Shown piece after piece: positions 48,801-57,129 of a stretch of DNA of 64,000 nt. The stretch is taken from positions 128,001-192,000 of IMG/VR virus record IMGVR_UViG_3300043432_000485; one strand, written 5' to 3'. Source of the stretch: a virus. Lineage: Duplodnaviria; Caudoviricetes. The notes beneath the pieces are model-generated. The model was not told the DNA's origin, did not search any database, and saw only the letters and a program-made list of their open reading frames with translations. Position 1 is the first letter of the stretch. Each line of letters opens with the position of its first letter. The translations under genes and the position numbers were made by a program.

Positions 48801-50061
48801 TTCCGACGATCTGACCACCGGAGCCGGTGGAACCATCGAACGGGGTGGCACCCGGGCTGGTAGAAGAGGCAGCGACCTGGAAGCTGGAGCCCCAGTTGAT
48901 CACCGACACATCGTTGGTCGGATTGGCGACCACGAAGTCTGAGCCCTGGATGTAATCGTTACGTCCCGGAGAGATGCCGCAGCGCAGAACCGTAGTGACC
49001 TGACTGTTGGGCAGGTAATCAAACGTATCCTGCCACGTGTTGGCCCAGTACTGAATCGTTACCGTGGAGCCAGGGGCCGGAGCAAAGGGCAGCGTAACGG
49101 TACCATTGGCGCCGTCAACAGCTTCCGCAACAACCTGAGTACCATCAACCTTGGCCACAACCTTTGTGGGATCCGTGGTTGTGGTTCCGCCGCCGGTACC
49201 ATCAACGATGGGGCGCTGAAACACACGGAACTGACGGGTACGCGCCGAAGCTGCGCCTGCAGTGAATCCGAGAGGTCCGTTAGCCGTTCCTTCACCGATC
49301 GTGAGGCCAAGCGTGGTGGTCAGCTGAAGGTGATCCAGATTCTGGTTGTCCGTGAATACGGAGGCCACCAGGTTAGGCACCAACGCGGCATTGATCGTGG
49401 ACGCCACCGTAGCGGCAGCCAGAGAACCAGCCGGAAGAATCATTGAGGCGACTACGCCGTTCACATTCACGATGAACTGGTCGTTGACCCCAGCAGTGAT
49501 GGAGAACGGAGCGAATCCTGGGGAAACCAAGACGGCGTTCGTGGTGGTAACCTGATCCGACACATCATCCGTGAAAGACGTGTCACCACGGTGGAAGAAA
49601 TACGTGGCGCGAACAACATCGTTGGGCTGCGTCGGAACCTGTAGGGTGACAACACCCTTAGCTCCCTGAACCGAACCCAAGGACACGGCCAGGCCGTTCA
49701 CAGTGACCTGCAGGCTGCGCACGTCATTGGTGGTGCGGCCGATTCCCTGACCGTCTACGATCGGGTAGTTGCGAACACGGAAGGACGTCAAGGTCCCGTC
49801 CTGAGTTCCCAGGATGAGGTTGTTGGGGTTGGCCGAGTTGACCACCCAGCTGGCGGATACATCCTCGTTGACGATCTGCTGATCGACAGTAGCCGAAGAA
49901 CCGCGCACGATCTCGAAATCGGACTGCTCCAGCTCCTCTTGGCCGACGCCAATCAAAGCGGGGATTCGAAGACCCGCCACCAAGTTGGAGGCATTGGTAT
50001 CCGTAAGCGTCCTAGTGTATACCCCAGGAGGAGAATATGAGAGAAAAGGCCCCAAACTCAT
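45826..50061 (-). CDS. Contractile tail sheath protein, unusually large (1411 aa)
   Basis: N-terminal YSPPGVYTRT; C-terminal sheath core (ERMGFIG, AGAVVSP, AGITILE, IRHGLTT, LRFEMFYSPIFPLEFLLLTF); AGGAG RBS. Confidence 0.92.
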   Translation of the reverse strand: MSLGPFLSYSPPGVYTRTLTDTNASNLVAGLRIPALIGVGQEELEQSDFEIVRGSSATVDQQIVNEDVSASWVVNSANPNNLILGTQDGTLTSFRVRNYPIVDGQGIGRTTNDVRSLQVTVNGLAVSLGSVQGAKGVVTLQVPTQPNDVVRATYFFHRGDTSFTDDVSDQVTTTNAVLVSPGFAPFSITAGVNDQFIVNVNGVVASMILPAGSLAAATVASTINAALVPNLVASVFTDNQNLDHLQLTTTLGLTIGEGTANGPLGFTAGAASARTRQFRVFQRPIVDGTGGGTTTTDPTKVVAKVDGTQVVAEAVDGANGTVTLPFAPAPGSTVTIQYWANTWQDTFDYLPNSQVTTVLRCGISPGRNDYIQGSDFVVANPTNDVSVINWGSSFQVAASSTSPGATPFDGSTGSGGQIVGTLLDDQMFLGLCTRVTNTSTIPATVSPTDYLLPEIPTTGNGRSTTLGLSTFNSVANSRQDLATNRPDLVKVYTGRTLRDALNRPAVPVTVVDGVNRRIVLKTAQPPDYNAYATFYYSRLADDTYIITNTVAGPVGVGQYTVFSSTRDANLYEVKFGSKTVSEIIQWPRGVEQIPDAFHTGNGTPAAEIVTVTFGTTGATNAAYTIKGAAPYSFYSPFSATWTTKVNGTNRVTNLASAAAAFLVSGHVTLSGGNITIPASPGNVLNLLVDGVAYPVTITSGSRTPTQIVSDINTALGVNGTASFKQIAGGDVFFIVQGAVVPGALPGGFDDVSNVTVEQGTVETVLGFKTFQSADGTTGSINKPATMLGSLAGPFNITAGLNDAFNVRVNGVDYSVTLTAGPAVTAATVVTDINTVIGSSVASAGTGVNLNHVRLTSTTNDSGSSILINSGSANAVLGFNQNDFASQTLVTAQEVVDSLLSTASFLTTAVAYVDSLGGQDYVTFESLTTGAATSSIAFVASANSAFNPTTGTNVTTGVDGDNGEDAQNSYTVSSTSPVGSSGSGIPGQTYTDSRTGLRFTVLPASTGSYSAGNFTLEVSPTFHVSPSVPRYSIGGLELLVSNTVGVGVNDTATLTTYNPSGVEPTVGDFYFISYLYRKQDFSAQVYQQLKTIEANFGKTSPENRVTLAGYLSILNGAVLIIIKQVLKVPNTNQASDQSFNAAIDELAVPLPGNIKPDIIVPLATSTSVYSHLTSHCETQSNIRNQAERMGFIGFASGTSPTTAQTVARGLNSSRMVAYYPDSAIVTLTDELGQNFEAIIDGSFFAAAVAGAVVSPAVDVATPYTRRRIQGFTRIPRRMDPVEANQTAVAGITILEDLDPIIRIRHGLTTNMTNVLTRLPTVTQIADHVQQQSRAILDSFVGTKFLASRTNEVVVSMTGLFRSLVQAEIVGAFQGMTASIDEQDPTVLRFEMFYSPIFPLEFLLLTFNLRARV

Positions 50062-50193
50062 GTGGTGACTCCTAAAAACAGAAAGACTTTACATCTGATT
50101 AGTACAAGGAAGTTAGGCGTTCTTATCCAGGTCTACATCTGAGGTTCCACCTATGAGGAAAACAAAAGGAAAACCTGAAACTGCCGTCTACGA

Positions 50194-50583
50194 CTATCTT
50201 CTTATTTCCAGATATTCCGCTGCTCTCTGGAGTAGGGTAGGGTCATCACGCATGCGCCCCAATGTCAGGTTGCACCCGAGACACAACAATCCTCTAATGA
50301 TTCCCGTCTTATGGCAGTGATCAACTGCAAGACGTCGGTGCAAAGGAGGCTGACGGCAGATCGCGCATCCCCCTCCTTGTTCATCTAGCAAAAGTTGGTA
50401 TCTTTCCGGGGAAACTCCGTACAGACGTTCGGTACGTAATGGGTAATCTTTGAATCGGCGATCACGATTGTAGGACCGGATGCAGGGGCGACACCAACTG
50501 CCAAGTCCATCGGACGAAGATTTACGAGTGCGGAAATCGGTGGACTCTTTCGTCTCACCGCACTTGGTGCACCGTTTACTCAT
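50194..50583 (-). CDS. Endonuclease VII-family putative homing endonuclease
   Basis: CAICRQP...LAVDHCHKTGIIRGLLCLGCNLTLG; probable start MSKRCTKC at 50583. Confidence 0.88.
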   Translation of the reverse strand: MSKRCTKCGETKESTDFRTRKSSSDGLGSWCRPCIRSYNRDRRFKDYPLRTERLYGVSPERYQLLLDEQGGGCAICRQPPLHRRLAVDHCHKTGIIRGLLCLGCNLTLGRMRDDPTLLQRAAEYLEIRR

Positions 50584-50584
50584 C

Positions 50585-51001
50585 TCAGCGGTCATTCTTC
50601 AACTTGGTTAGGGCCTCTTTAGCCAGAGAACGTCTTGCAGTTCTACCCTGTTCGCTCATTGGCTCATAGTCGATGTAGTCCTTGCCCGTGTGTCGAATTA
50701 ACGCGTGAGTCTGACCTTGCTCACGTGCAGCTTTCTTCACAGCCTCTCTTGCTCGGATGTGCTTCCAACGATCCTCCGCGCTACGTCCGACAGCCTTGTC
50801 GGCTGTGGGGTAGTCATGATCGTGGACTCCAGAGTTGGCGGTGGCACCCGTACCAACCGCGAAAGCAAACCCAAATCCGCTCACCACCAAGGGGGCGGGT
50901 TCCTTGCACGAAGGGCAGTCATGGGTCGAGTGTTCCCCGACCTTGAGGTTCCTTTCAAACCGGAGGGAGCACTCGGGGCACTCGAAAGCATACTTTGGCA
51001 T
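50585..51001 (-). CDS. FmdB-like zinc-ribbon protein
   Basis: MPKYAFECPECSLRFE...CPSC, the classic FmdB-type N-terminus. Confidence 0.75.
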   Translation of the reverse strand: MPKYAFECPECSLRFERNLKVGEHSTHDCPSCKEPAPLVVSGFGFAFAVGTGATANSGVHDHDYPTADKAVGRSAEDRWKHIRAREAVKKAAREQGQTHALIRHTGKDYIDYEPMSEQGRTARRSLAKEALTKLKNDR

Positions 51002-51002
51002 T

Positions 51003-52199
51003 TTACAGAATCCTCTCGAAGTCGTTGCTGCGCCCGGCTATGACGGGCATCGTGGAGAGCACCAGCTTGTTCTGAACGTCCCCTATGATGGTGGACTCGT
51101 TGAACCGATCCAGCACTTTGGAACTCGCGTCCGTGGCCGGTGTAGTGTCTGTCACCCTTGTGATGGTCAGCGGGAGAGGGAAGTGAATTTCCCAGCGAGT
51201 TTGGATCTGAACCGAGGTAGAGATTGTGTACGTGTAGTCATCCGAGGTTTCATCGTATGTCTCCTCGGCCTCCCCTCCTATCGAGACGTCAGTGATCTCT
51301 ATGCCCTCTGAGGACAACCTACTTCTCTTGACCGCAATCAAGTACATGAAGATTAGGTCAGCCAGCTCCTCGCTCTGCACCGAATCCCTGGAGATGGCGT
51401 CCAGCTCGAAGGTCACGTCAAATAGCCCCCCGAAAGCCTCCGCCACTACCACTCGATCCTCATAGACAACGATCGCTACCTTGTCCCCTACCTTACCCCG
51501 TTTGCCGAAGGCCAAAACCACTCCGGGCAACGTTGAAAAGTCCGCCTTGTTCCACTGGTATGAAATTGGACCGACCGACGGTACTGCATAGCGGTAGTCA
51601 GCCGTCACCGTGGACCCAGGATTGGATCTGTCAAGAAATAGAATCGCCCCCGTTTGGTAGTCCACCGTGTAGTGGGTGCCTTCCTGGAGAGGGAAACGGC
51701 GGTTCTCCCATAGGCGTAAAGTTCCCTGCACAGGGACCCGTTGAAGCTGGCCCTCAGTCTCTACCCCAGAGACGAAGCGCAGCACCGGCTCTCCATTGAC
51801 CGTAAGCAATGGATCCAAGATGTACTGACCCTCTGATTGTGCGTCCTCAGGGACTGACAGGATCTCCAGGTAGTAGATTCCTGGTGGAGTTGGCATCACA
51901 TCCCCATTGGCCTTGATACAGGCCACGTCCTCCCGAATCCATTCCAAGGGGAATACCGGGGCACCCACGTAAGCCAACATCACGTGGCTCTCTACTGCAC
52001 CAAGAAAGTTGTCGGCCGACAGCTGCGCTTTGTTGCCGCTACTCCCCTTGACGACGATCCCCATTTGGGGGCGCTCGTCAAAAGCGAAACGATTCTGGAT
52101 GAAGGGCACGATCTTATCGTAGATCGGGTGCTCCGAGAATGAGTCCTTGAGTTCAAGGATCAACCTCCGCTTCATGGATGAGATCAGGTTGAAGTACAT
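51003..52199 (-). CDS. Tail terminator / tail completion protein
   Basis: Upstream of the sheath gene; C-terminal DVTFELDAISRDSVQSEELADLIFMYL...SIGGEAEE fits a gp15/gpU-like fold. Confidence 0.55.
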   Translation of the reverse strand: MYFNLISSMKRRLILELKDSFSEHPIYDKIVPFIQNRFAFDERPQMGIVVKGSSGNKAQLSADNFLGAVESHVMLAYVGAPVFPLEWIREDVACIKANGDVMPTPPGIYYLEILSVPEDAQSEGQYILDPLLTVNGEPVLRFVSGVETEGQLQRVPVQGTLRLWENRRFPLQEGTHYTVDYQTGAILFLDRSNPGSTVTADYRYAVPSVGPISYQWNKADFSTLPGVVLAFGKRGKVGDKVAIVVYEDRVVVAEAFGGLFDVTFELDAISRDSVQSEELADLIFMYLIAVKRSRLSSEGIEITDVSIGGEAEETYDETSDDYTYTISTSVQIQTRWEIHFPLPLTITRVTDTTPATDASSKVLDRFNESTIIGDVQNKLVLSTMPVIAGRSNDFERIL

Positions 52200-53231
52200 T
52201 TAGCCGGAGTGCTCCTCGGTGGCCAGCACCAAGAGCCCCTCAGCCACCGCTGTCATCGGGTCCTTGGCCATCCTAATTTCGCTGATCTGGATGGGGAAAC
52301 CCTTCTTCTTGACAGCCTCAAACTCCTCATTGAAGACCTGCATGAACCCAGTGGCTCGGCTTGTCCCTCCAGACACCACAAACGGGATCGGCTCAGGAAG
52401 GTCCATCCCAGCGGACACCTTCTTGAACTGAATCGCGATGTTCTCCAGCACGTACTTGATGAGAGCCCGAATGTACATCGCTAGGGCCTCCTCATCTCTA
52501 CTCTTGGGTGCTGCGAGGTCCACGCCCTTCTCCTTGATCGAGCACATGCGCGCAGCCGTTGATCCGGTTGCCTTAGCGGCATGTTGATCAATCCAGTCAC
52601 CCCCGCGGGCCACTGAGAAGTCCATACCCTTTACGGTTTGGTACGCGAGAGCGATGTTACCCATACCGGAGCCGAAGCTCACCGAGAGCCCGGAGAAGTT
52701 GTCTTGAGCGCACTGACTGTAGATGATGGCCATGGCCTCATTCATCGGGTGCGGGGTGTAACCAAGCTCCACCAGGATCTTCTTGAAGACCTCTTGGTGG
52801 TAGATGATGTCCTGGTGCTCATCGTCCACAGGGGCGGCCGGCACGCTGTAGTAGCAATGCTCTTTTGGTGCCACCGGTGTACCCACCACATTGGCGATCA
52901 ACAGGCTCAGGATCTGCTGGGCATCCAACTCACCGGCCGAGATCACACCGCGGCTCAAAGGCCGGCGCACCTCCCGCTTGAACAGATTGGCCATCGTGAG
53001 AGCGGAATCCCCCAGTACGATTAGAGAGCCATCCTTCTCTACGTAGTCTACTTTGGACAACCGGAGCGTCTTCTTGACCTCCAGGTCCAGGTCCAAGAAC
53101 GCATCACGGATGCGCTTGGTCTCCACTTGATCCCCGGAGCCCGTTTGCCGAGCAGATACCAAGTTCATGGTGCCGATGTCCAGCCCGCATCCGGGCTTGT
53201 ATTCTGATTTTGCCATCTGATTTTTCTCCAT
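52200..53231 (-). CDS. Actin-fold ATPase (MreB/ParM/FtsA-like)
   Basis: Phosphate-1 GLDIGTMN, connect-1 MNEAMA, phosphate-2 VSFGSGMGN, RGGDWID, adenosine VVSGGTS and connect-2 DPMTAVAEG; probable start 53216. Confidence 0.85.
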   Translation of the reverse strand: MEKNQMAKSEYKPGCGLDIGTMNLVSARQTGSGDQVETKRIRDAFLDLDLEVKKTLRLSKVDYVEKDGSLIVLGDSALTMANLFKREVRRPLSRGVISAGELDAQQILSLLIANVVGTPVAPKEHCYYSVPAAPVDDEHQDIIYHQEVFKKILVELGYTPHPMNEAMAIIYSQCAQDNFSGLSVSFGSGMGNIALAYQTVKGMDFSVARGGDWIDQHAAKATGSTAARMCSIKEKGVDLAAPKSRDEEALAMYIRALIKYVLENIAIQFKKVSAGMDLPEPIPFVVSGGTSRATGFMQVFNEEFEAVKKKGFPIQISEIRMAKDPMTAVAEGLLVLATEEHSG

Positions 53232-53250
53232 TTGCCCCTAAAGGGGATAG

Positions 53251-53901
53251 TCATCTGAAATCGTAGCCAGCGGAAGCCTCCCGCACCCCCGCACGTTGTT
53301 GAAGCAAGTAAACGAACTCTTCGTGCTTGTCCGCCACACCCTGCAATAGGTTGTCAGTCCCGTCTGAGAGCTGGCCCTTTTGGTCCAAGTCGTAACGGGC
53401 GCTCTTGAGGCAACCCAACACGCAATGCTCTACACTGAGACTCTCCTGGATCATGCCAAGATCTGTGTCATCAGCATCGGCACTTGAGCACCAGTAATTG
53501 ATCAACGCGTGCACAAGATTCGCCTGAAGCCGGGCATCCACCAACGCTCGGTTGCCAGACCCTACCGAGCGTTCGGCAACCTGGTCGATGAAACCAACCG
53601 AGTCATTGTAGAGGCGCTCGAACAACAAGTGGTCACCATAGAAGGAACTCCCGCTGGAGCGCCAGTGGTGGGTCTGATGAATGATGGACGCCGCACGCAG
53701 AACTGCGACCAAAGCCCCCAGCTCGGCCATTTCCATGCCCTTGGGGAACATGCCCATCAACTTGGGCAGCACTGGGTCAACACTATCGGCAGCCATCTTC
53801 AACCTCGATTCAAACCCTTCCGGTAGATACGGAGGACCGTTGCGCAGAGCTTCGAATGCGAGAGGGTCCACCCAGATCGCATGTAGGGAGTCCTTACCCA
53901 T
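53251..53901 (-). CDS. Dps/ferritin-like protein
   Basis: HQTHHWRSSGSSFYGDHLLFERLY...IDQVAER matches the Dps ferroxidase pattern. Confidence 0.8.
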   Translation of the reverse strand: MGKDSLHAIWVDPLAFEALRNGPPYLPEGFESRLKMAADSVDPVLPKLMGMFPKGMEMAELGALVAVLRAASIIHQTHHWRSSGSSFYGDHLLFERLYNDSVGFIDQVAERSVGSGNRALVDARLQANLVHALINYWCSSADADDTDLGMIQESLSVEHCVLGCLKSARYDLDQKGQLSDGTDNLLQGVADKHEEFVYLLQQRAGVREASAGYDFR

Positions 53902-53903
53902 CT

Positions 53904-54203
53904 TCAGTCGTTTTCGAAGGGATTCACGAACGCAGCGACCTTGGGGGCAGCGGCCTCAGCCTTGGCGTCTTCCTTCATCTCCTGGCCCACCTGAGCAGGA
54001 GTGTGGCGCTTGGGCTTGGCGGTGAACACTTTGCCCGTGTAGGGGGAGCGAATCGAAACCTTCTTCTCTTCCAAGTAGAAGTTGTGCCCTTCCGGGTCCT
54101 CGTACTTCCAGAGAACGGGGGCGGCTGCCTCTTTGGCCTGACCGCTGATACGAGCCGAAACCTCTTTGGCTTGGGCCAGAACGCTAGCTTGACGTGGGTG
54201 CAT
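53904..54203 (-). CDS. Small hypothetical protein
   Basis: Probable start MHPRQAS at 54203 behind an AAGGAG RBS. Confidence 0.65.
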   Translation of the reverse strand: MHPRQASVLAQAKEVSARISGQAKEAAAPVLWKYEDPEGHNFYLEEKKVSIRSPYTGKVFTAKPKRHTPAQVGQEMKEDAKAEAAAPKVAAFVNPFEND

Positions 54204-54256
54204 GGATGGACTCCTTTTCAACGGTAGCAACTCTAAGCAAGCTTTATTGAAACGGG

Positions 54257-54877
54257 TTAGCCCTTGCGCATCTTCCTGAGGCGCTCAGCCGCTTCAGATA
54301 CCCCGGACTGAGTCGACTCCCCTTGGATATCTATATGAGCATCCATGTCTTTGGGCCTAATCTCCGAAGGCAGGAACGTGGGAGCCGTCCCGTCAGCAAC
54401 CTCGGACTTCTGCGCAGTTACATTCCCACGTGAAGCCCCTGTCCCTGTCACCATGGGTACCCCAGATTTCAGGGCCATCAAGATAGAGTCCAACTTGGAG
54501 TCCATCTCCTGCCCACTCTTCTGTAACTGTTCCCGTAGGGCCTTGTTCTCAGACTCCAATCGAACCACATGGCTCTCCAGTTCGGTCACATACCGTTCGA
54601 GTCGGGATTTCTCTGGGTCTGCTGTCATGGGCTGGCTGGTAGGAATCGTTGGCAACTGGTACAGGTGCTTCTGAGAAATGCCCCGCCAAAGGTCCTTGGA
54701 CATCAAAGCCAATTCAGCCGGGATCACCACCGTTGCGCCATAGGCTACGTCGCGACCGATGTCCTCGATCAGATGAGTCCCGGCCACCAATCCAACGACG
54801 CGTATGTCCCCATTCACATTTGGTTTGTTCATAATGAGTGCTCTGAGCCATAACCAGAGCCGGTGTAACCAGCTCAC
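54257..54877 (-). CDS. Hypothetical coiled-coil protein
   Basis: GTGA overlap with the upstream stop; central LERYVTELESHVVRLESENKALREQL heptads. Confidence 0.65.
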   Translation of the reverse strand: MSWLHRLWLWLRALIMNKPNVNGDIRVVGLVAGTHLIEDIGRDVAYGATVVIPAELALMSKDLWRGISQKHLYQLPTIPTSQPMTADPEKSRLERYVTELESHVVRLESENKALREQLQKSGQEMDSKLDSILMALKSGVPMVTGTGASRGNVTAQKSEVADGTAPTFLPSEIRPKDMDAHIDIQGESTQSGVSEAAERLRKMRKG

Positions 54878-55413
54878 TTCTTCTTCAACGATGCCTTGAT
54901 TTGCTTCTTCAGCTCCTTGGCGAACTTGTCCTTCAGGAACTCTCTCGATTCTGCTTTAGCCACATCCACGAAGTTGGATGGCTTTCGGCCCGGGTGAACC
55001 CAGCCCTTCTTACCCTCACGCGGACCGCCTCCTGCACGACGCATGGATCGGGCGGTGGCGTTCCGGAAGATGAGCTTGCCCGTGTCCGTGATGATGGGGA
55101 TCGGAGTCTTGGACTTCACCAGCCACTTCATCTGCTGCCTGTTTTGACCGTGAACCAATGGCCCAAAGGCCGGGTGGTCCACAGTCACCAAAAGGCTGGC
55201 CGGCTTGATCTCGATCGCCATCGCTTTGGCTAACGCCTTCTTGGCTCTCTTGGAGAATGCCTCAGGGGTTAGCTTGGCCTTGAGTCTGCGCAACAGGTCC
55301 GCCCGTGACTTGGCCAACGCGTCCTTGATCTGCGCGTCCGTAGCCGAAAACGAATCAGACGTAGGGAGTAAACCCCGTAGGTGCATACGGGTGGCTATGA
55401 ACTTGACTGCCAT
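54874..55413 (-). CDS. Putative neck/tail-completion protein (HK97 gp10-like)
   Basis: Basic protein ending WVHPGRKPSNFVDVAKAESREFL; position between neck and terminator genes. Confidence 0.45.
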   Translation of the reverse strand: MAVKFIATRMHLRGLLPTSDSFSATDAQIKDALAKSRADLLRRLKAKLTPEAFSKRAKKALAKAMAIEIKPASLLVTVDHPAFGPLVHGQNRQQMKWLVKSKTPIPIITDTGKLIFRNATARSMRRAGGGPREGKKGWVHPGRKPSNFVDVAKAESREFLKDKFAKELKKQIKASLKKK

Positions 55414-56774
55414 CAGTACTCAGTGTTCTCCCAGACCTTGGAGCGCCCGCGCAGTTCCCGCTCATCAGGGATGTTTGGTTTGCCAGTGATGCTGGCATCA
55501 GCCTCGCTCTCCGGACCGCGAGGGGAGAACTGCACGGCCGAGTACTTCACAGGATTGCCAACCGGCACCTTGTAGCGGATATCCTTCTCGTCCAGATGGC
55601 CGATGTTGAAATGCTGCTGCAAGACCATGCCTCGATTGGAGGGGAATCGCACCGGACCCACCGAGTACCGCTCTCCGTTGATCTTAACCAAGAAGTCGCG
55701 CTGAGACAGGATTGGAGAAGGGCCGGTCCAGACTTCGTATGCGTGCTCCAGCGTCCTGCCGACGTCCTTCTGAGCAATACGCCTCTCAGCGTCATCGGGA
55801 GCGATCAGCACGTCATACGGACCTTCGAACCCTCCTAGGATCCCGGTCCCGTAGCACTTCAAGCAGTCGTTGAGGGGCTGCTTGTGAGTGTCATCCGGGA
55901 AGCACGAGCAGGGTACTCCAACGAGCTTGCGGATGAACACCTTTACGCGCTCTCCGCCTTGCTCAAGAATGAACCGGTTGCGGCGCACGCCCTCACGCCA
56001 GATGTAGTCGATCTTCTCGACTTCCATCGAGCTGGTTGCAGTCGCGTTCTCAAGCGGGGTCTCGATCAGATCCTGGCACTGCACCTTACTGAGGTCACAC
56101 CCGACGCGTACCCCCACCGATGTAATGCGGTAGAAAACCCTCTGCCCAAGATCGGTTTTGAGCAGGCTCCTGTTACGCCGGTACGTGCACGTCACTCGGC
56201 TGTTGGGGCCTGGCACCAACGATGGATCAAACTTCTGCCGCGTCACGTCCGCGTAGATGTACGGATTGATCTCCACTTCCCCTGAGAACCCATGGACCGC
56301 AAGAGGACGTACTGTCACACCGTCAATCTGGACCCTCACGTCATCCGGGGAGTCCGTGGTGACCGCTTGCGACCCCTCTTTGATGATGGGGCTGTGAAGC
56401 GTCTTGAACACCCATCTGGGACCAGCTTCGCTAGAGCCTGAGCACTCCCCATCAAGCACGAACTTGTCCGGAGTGATCTCCTCTTCGATGATCAGCTCAT
56501 TGTCTGTCTGGTCCCTCCAGAAATTGGAGCAGACGAGCAGTTCCGAGATGCGATTGAATGGACCGAACTCCGAATCGAAGGATCGGTACACGTTGACCCC
56601 CAGCAGCTGGTACGTGCTGTTGAGAGGCAGGGTGGTGGGATCATCCCATCGAAGATCGAAAACACCCGGGGTGTACCCGCTCGTCAGGAACAAGTTCAGC
56701 GGAGGCAACGGCCAAGGGGTCTTGGTGTACTCCAGCTCGCTGATGTTCCAGTCTCTTTGAGATGAGTAAGCCAC
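55413..56774 (-). CDS. Neck / head-closure protein with Zn-finger motif
   Basis: ILEQGGERVKVF...CSC...CLKCYGTGILGGF, resembling large-myophage neck proteins; N-terminal FN3-like domain. Confidence 0.6.
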   Translation of the reverse strand: MAYSSQRDWNISELEYTKTPWPLPPLNLFLTSGYTPGVFDLRWDDPTTLPLNSTYQLLGVNVYRSFDSEFGPFNRISELLVCSNFWRDQTDNELIIEEEITPDKFVLDGECSGSSEAGPRWVFKTLHSPIIKEGSQAVTTDSPDDVRVQIDGVTVRPLAVHGFSGEVEINPYIYADVTRQKFDPSLVPGPNSRVTCTYRRNRSLLKTDLGQRVFYRITSVGVRVGCDLSKVQCQDLIETPLENATATSSMEVEKIDYIWREGVRRNRFILEQGGERVKVFIRKLVGVPCSCFPDDTHKQPLNDCLKCYGTGILGGFEGPYDVLIAPDDAERRIAQKDVGRTLEHAYEVWTGPSPILSQRDFLVKINGERYSVGPVRFPSNRGMVLQQHFNIGHLDEKDIRYKVPVGNPVKYSAVQFSPRGPESEADASITGKPNIPDERELRGRSKVWENTEY

Positions 56775-56827
56775 TCGATAAACCTCTCCCCTCTAGCCCT
56801 GCTACAAAGGGAAAGGCGAGAAGCCGC

Positions 56828-57121
56828 CTACTCAGGCTGGGCCGGTGCCGGAGTGGGCGAGAGCAAGGTCATCGCACCTGTCTTGAAATCGATTGAGACT
56901 TTGGTGTCCGAGGGTAGCCCGCGCTCGGTCAGGACGCGCTCGAACATGCGCTTCTTCTGGGCGTCCACCTGGTGAGCCGCGGCCAGTAGCTTGATGCGCT
57001 CCTGTTCGAGGTCCAGCAGGTTGGACCCAATTTCGTACCGCGCACTATCCAGCGCAGTGAATTGTTGCATCGTATCCGGGTCAACGGGATCTTGAATGGT
57101 GAGTCTCTTGGCTTCAGACAT
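56828..57121 (-). CDS. Small coiled-coil hypothetical protein
   Basis: Probable start MSEAKRL at 57121; the longer track ORF overlaps the GT gene. Confidence 0.55.
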   Translation of the reverse strand: MSEAKRLTIQDPVDPDTMQQFTALDSARYEIGSNLLDLEQERIKLLAAAHQVDAQKKRMFERVLTERGLPSDTKVSIDFKTGAMTLLSPTPAPAQPE

Positions 57122-57129
57122 GAGGGTCC

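Noticed and set aside
41479-53231. J-domain plus actin-fold ATPase as a phage Hsp70 system
   Set aside because: The ATPase is about 340 aa with no substrate-binding domain and looks MreB/ParM-like; the two genes are 10 kb apart.
53235-53246. CCCC-TAAA-GGGG mini-hairpin before the actin-like gene
   Set aside because: Only 4 bp, and the likely start at 53216 has its own free GGAG.
56775-56830. Possible terminator after 56828..57121
   Set aside because: The stem is only 4-5 bp with an interrupted U-tract; too weak to call.
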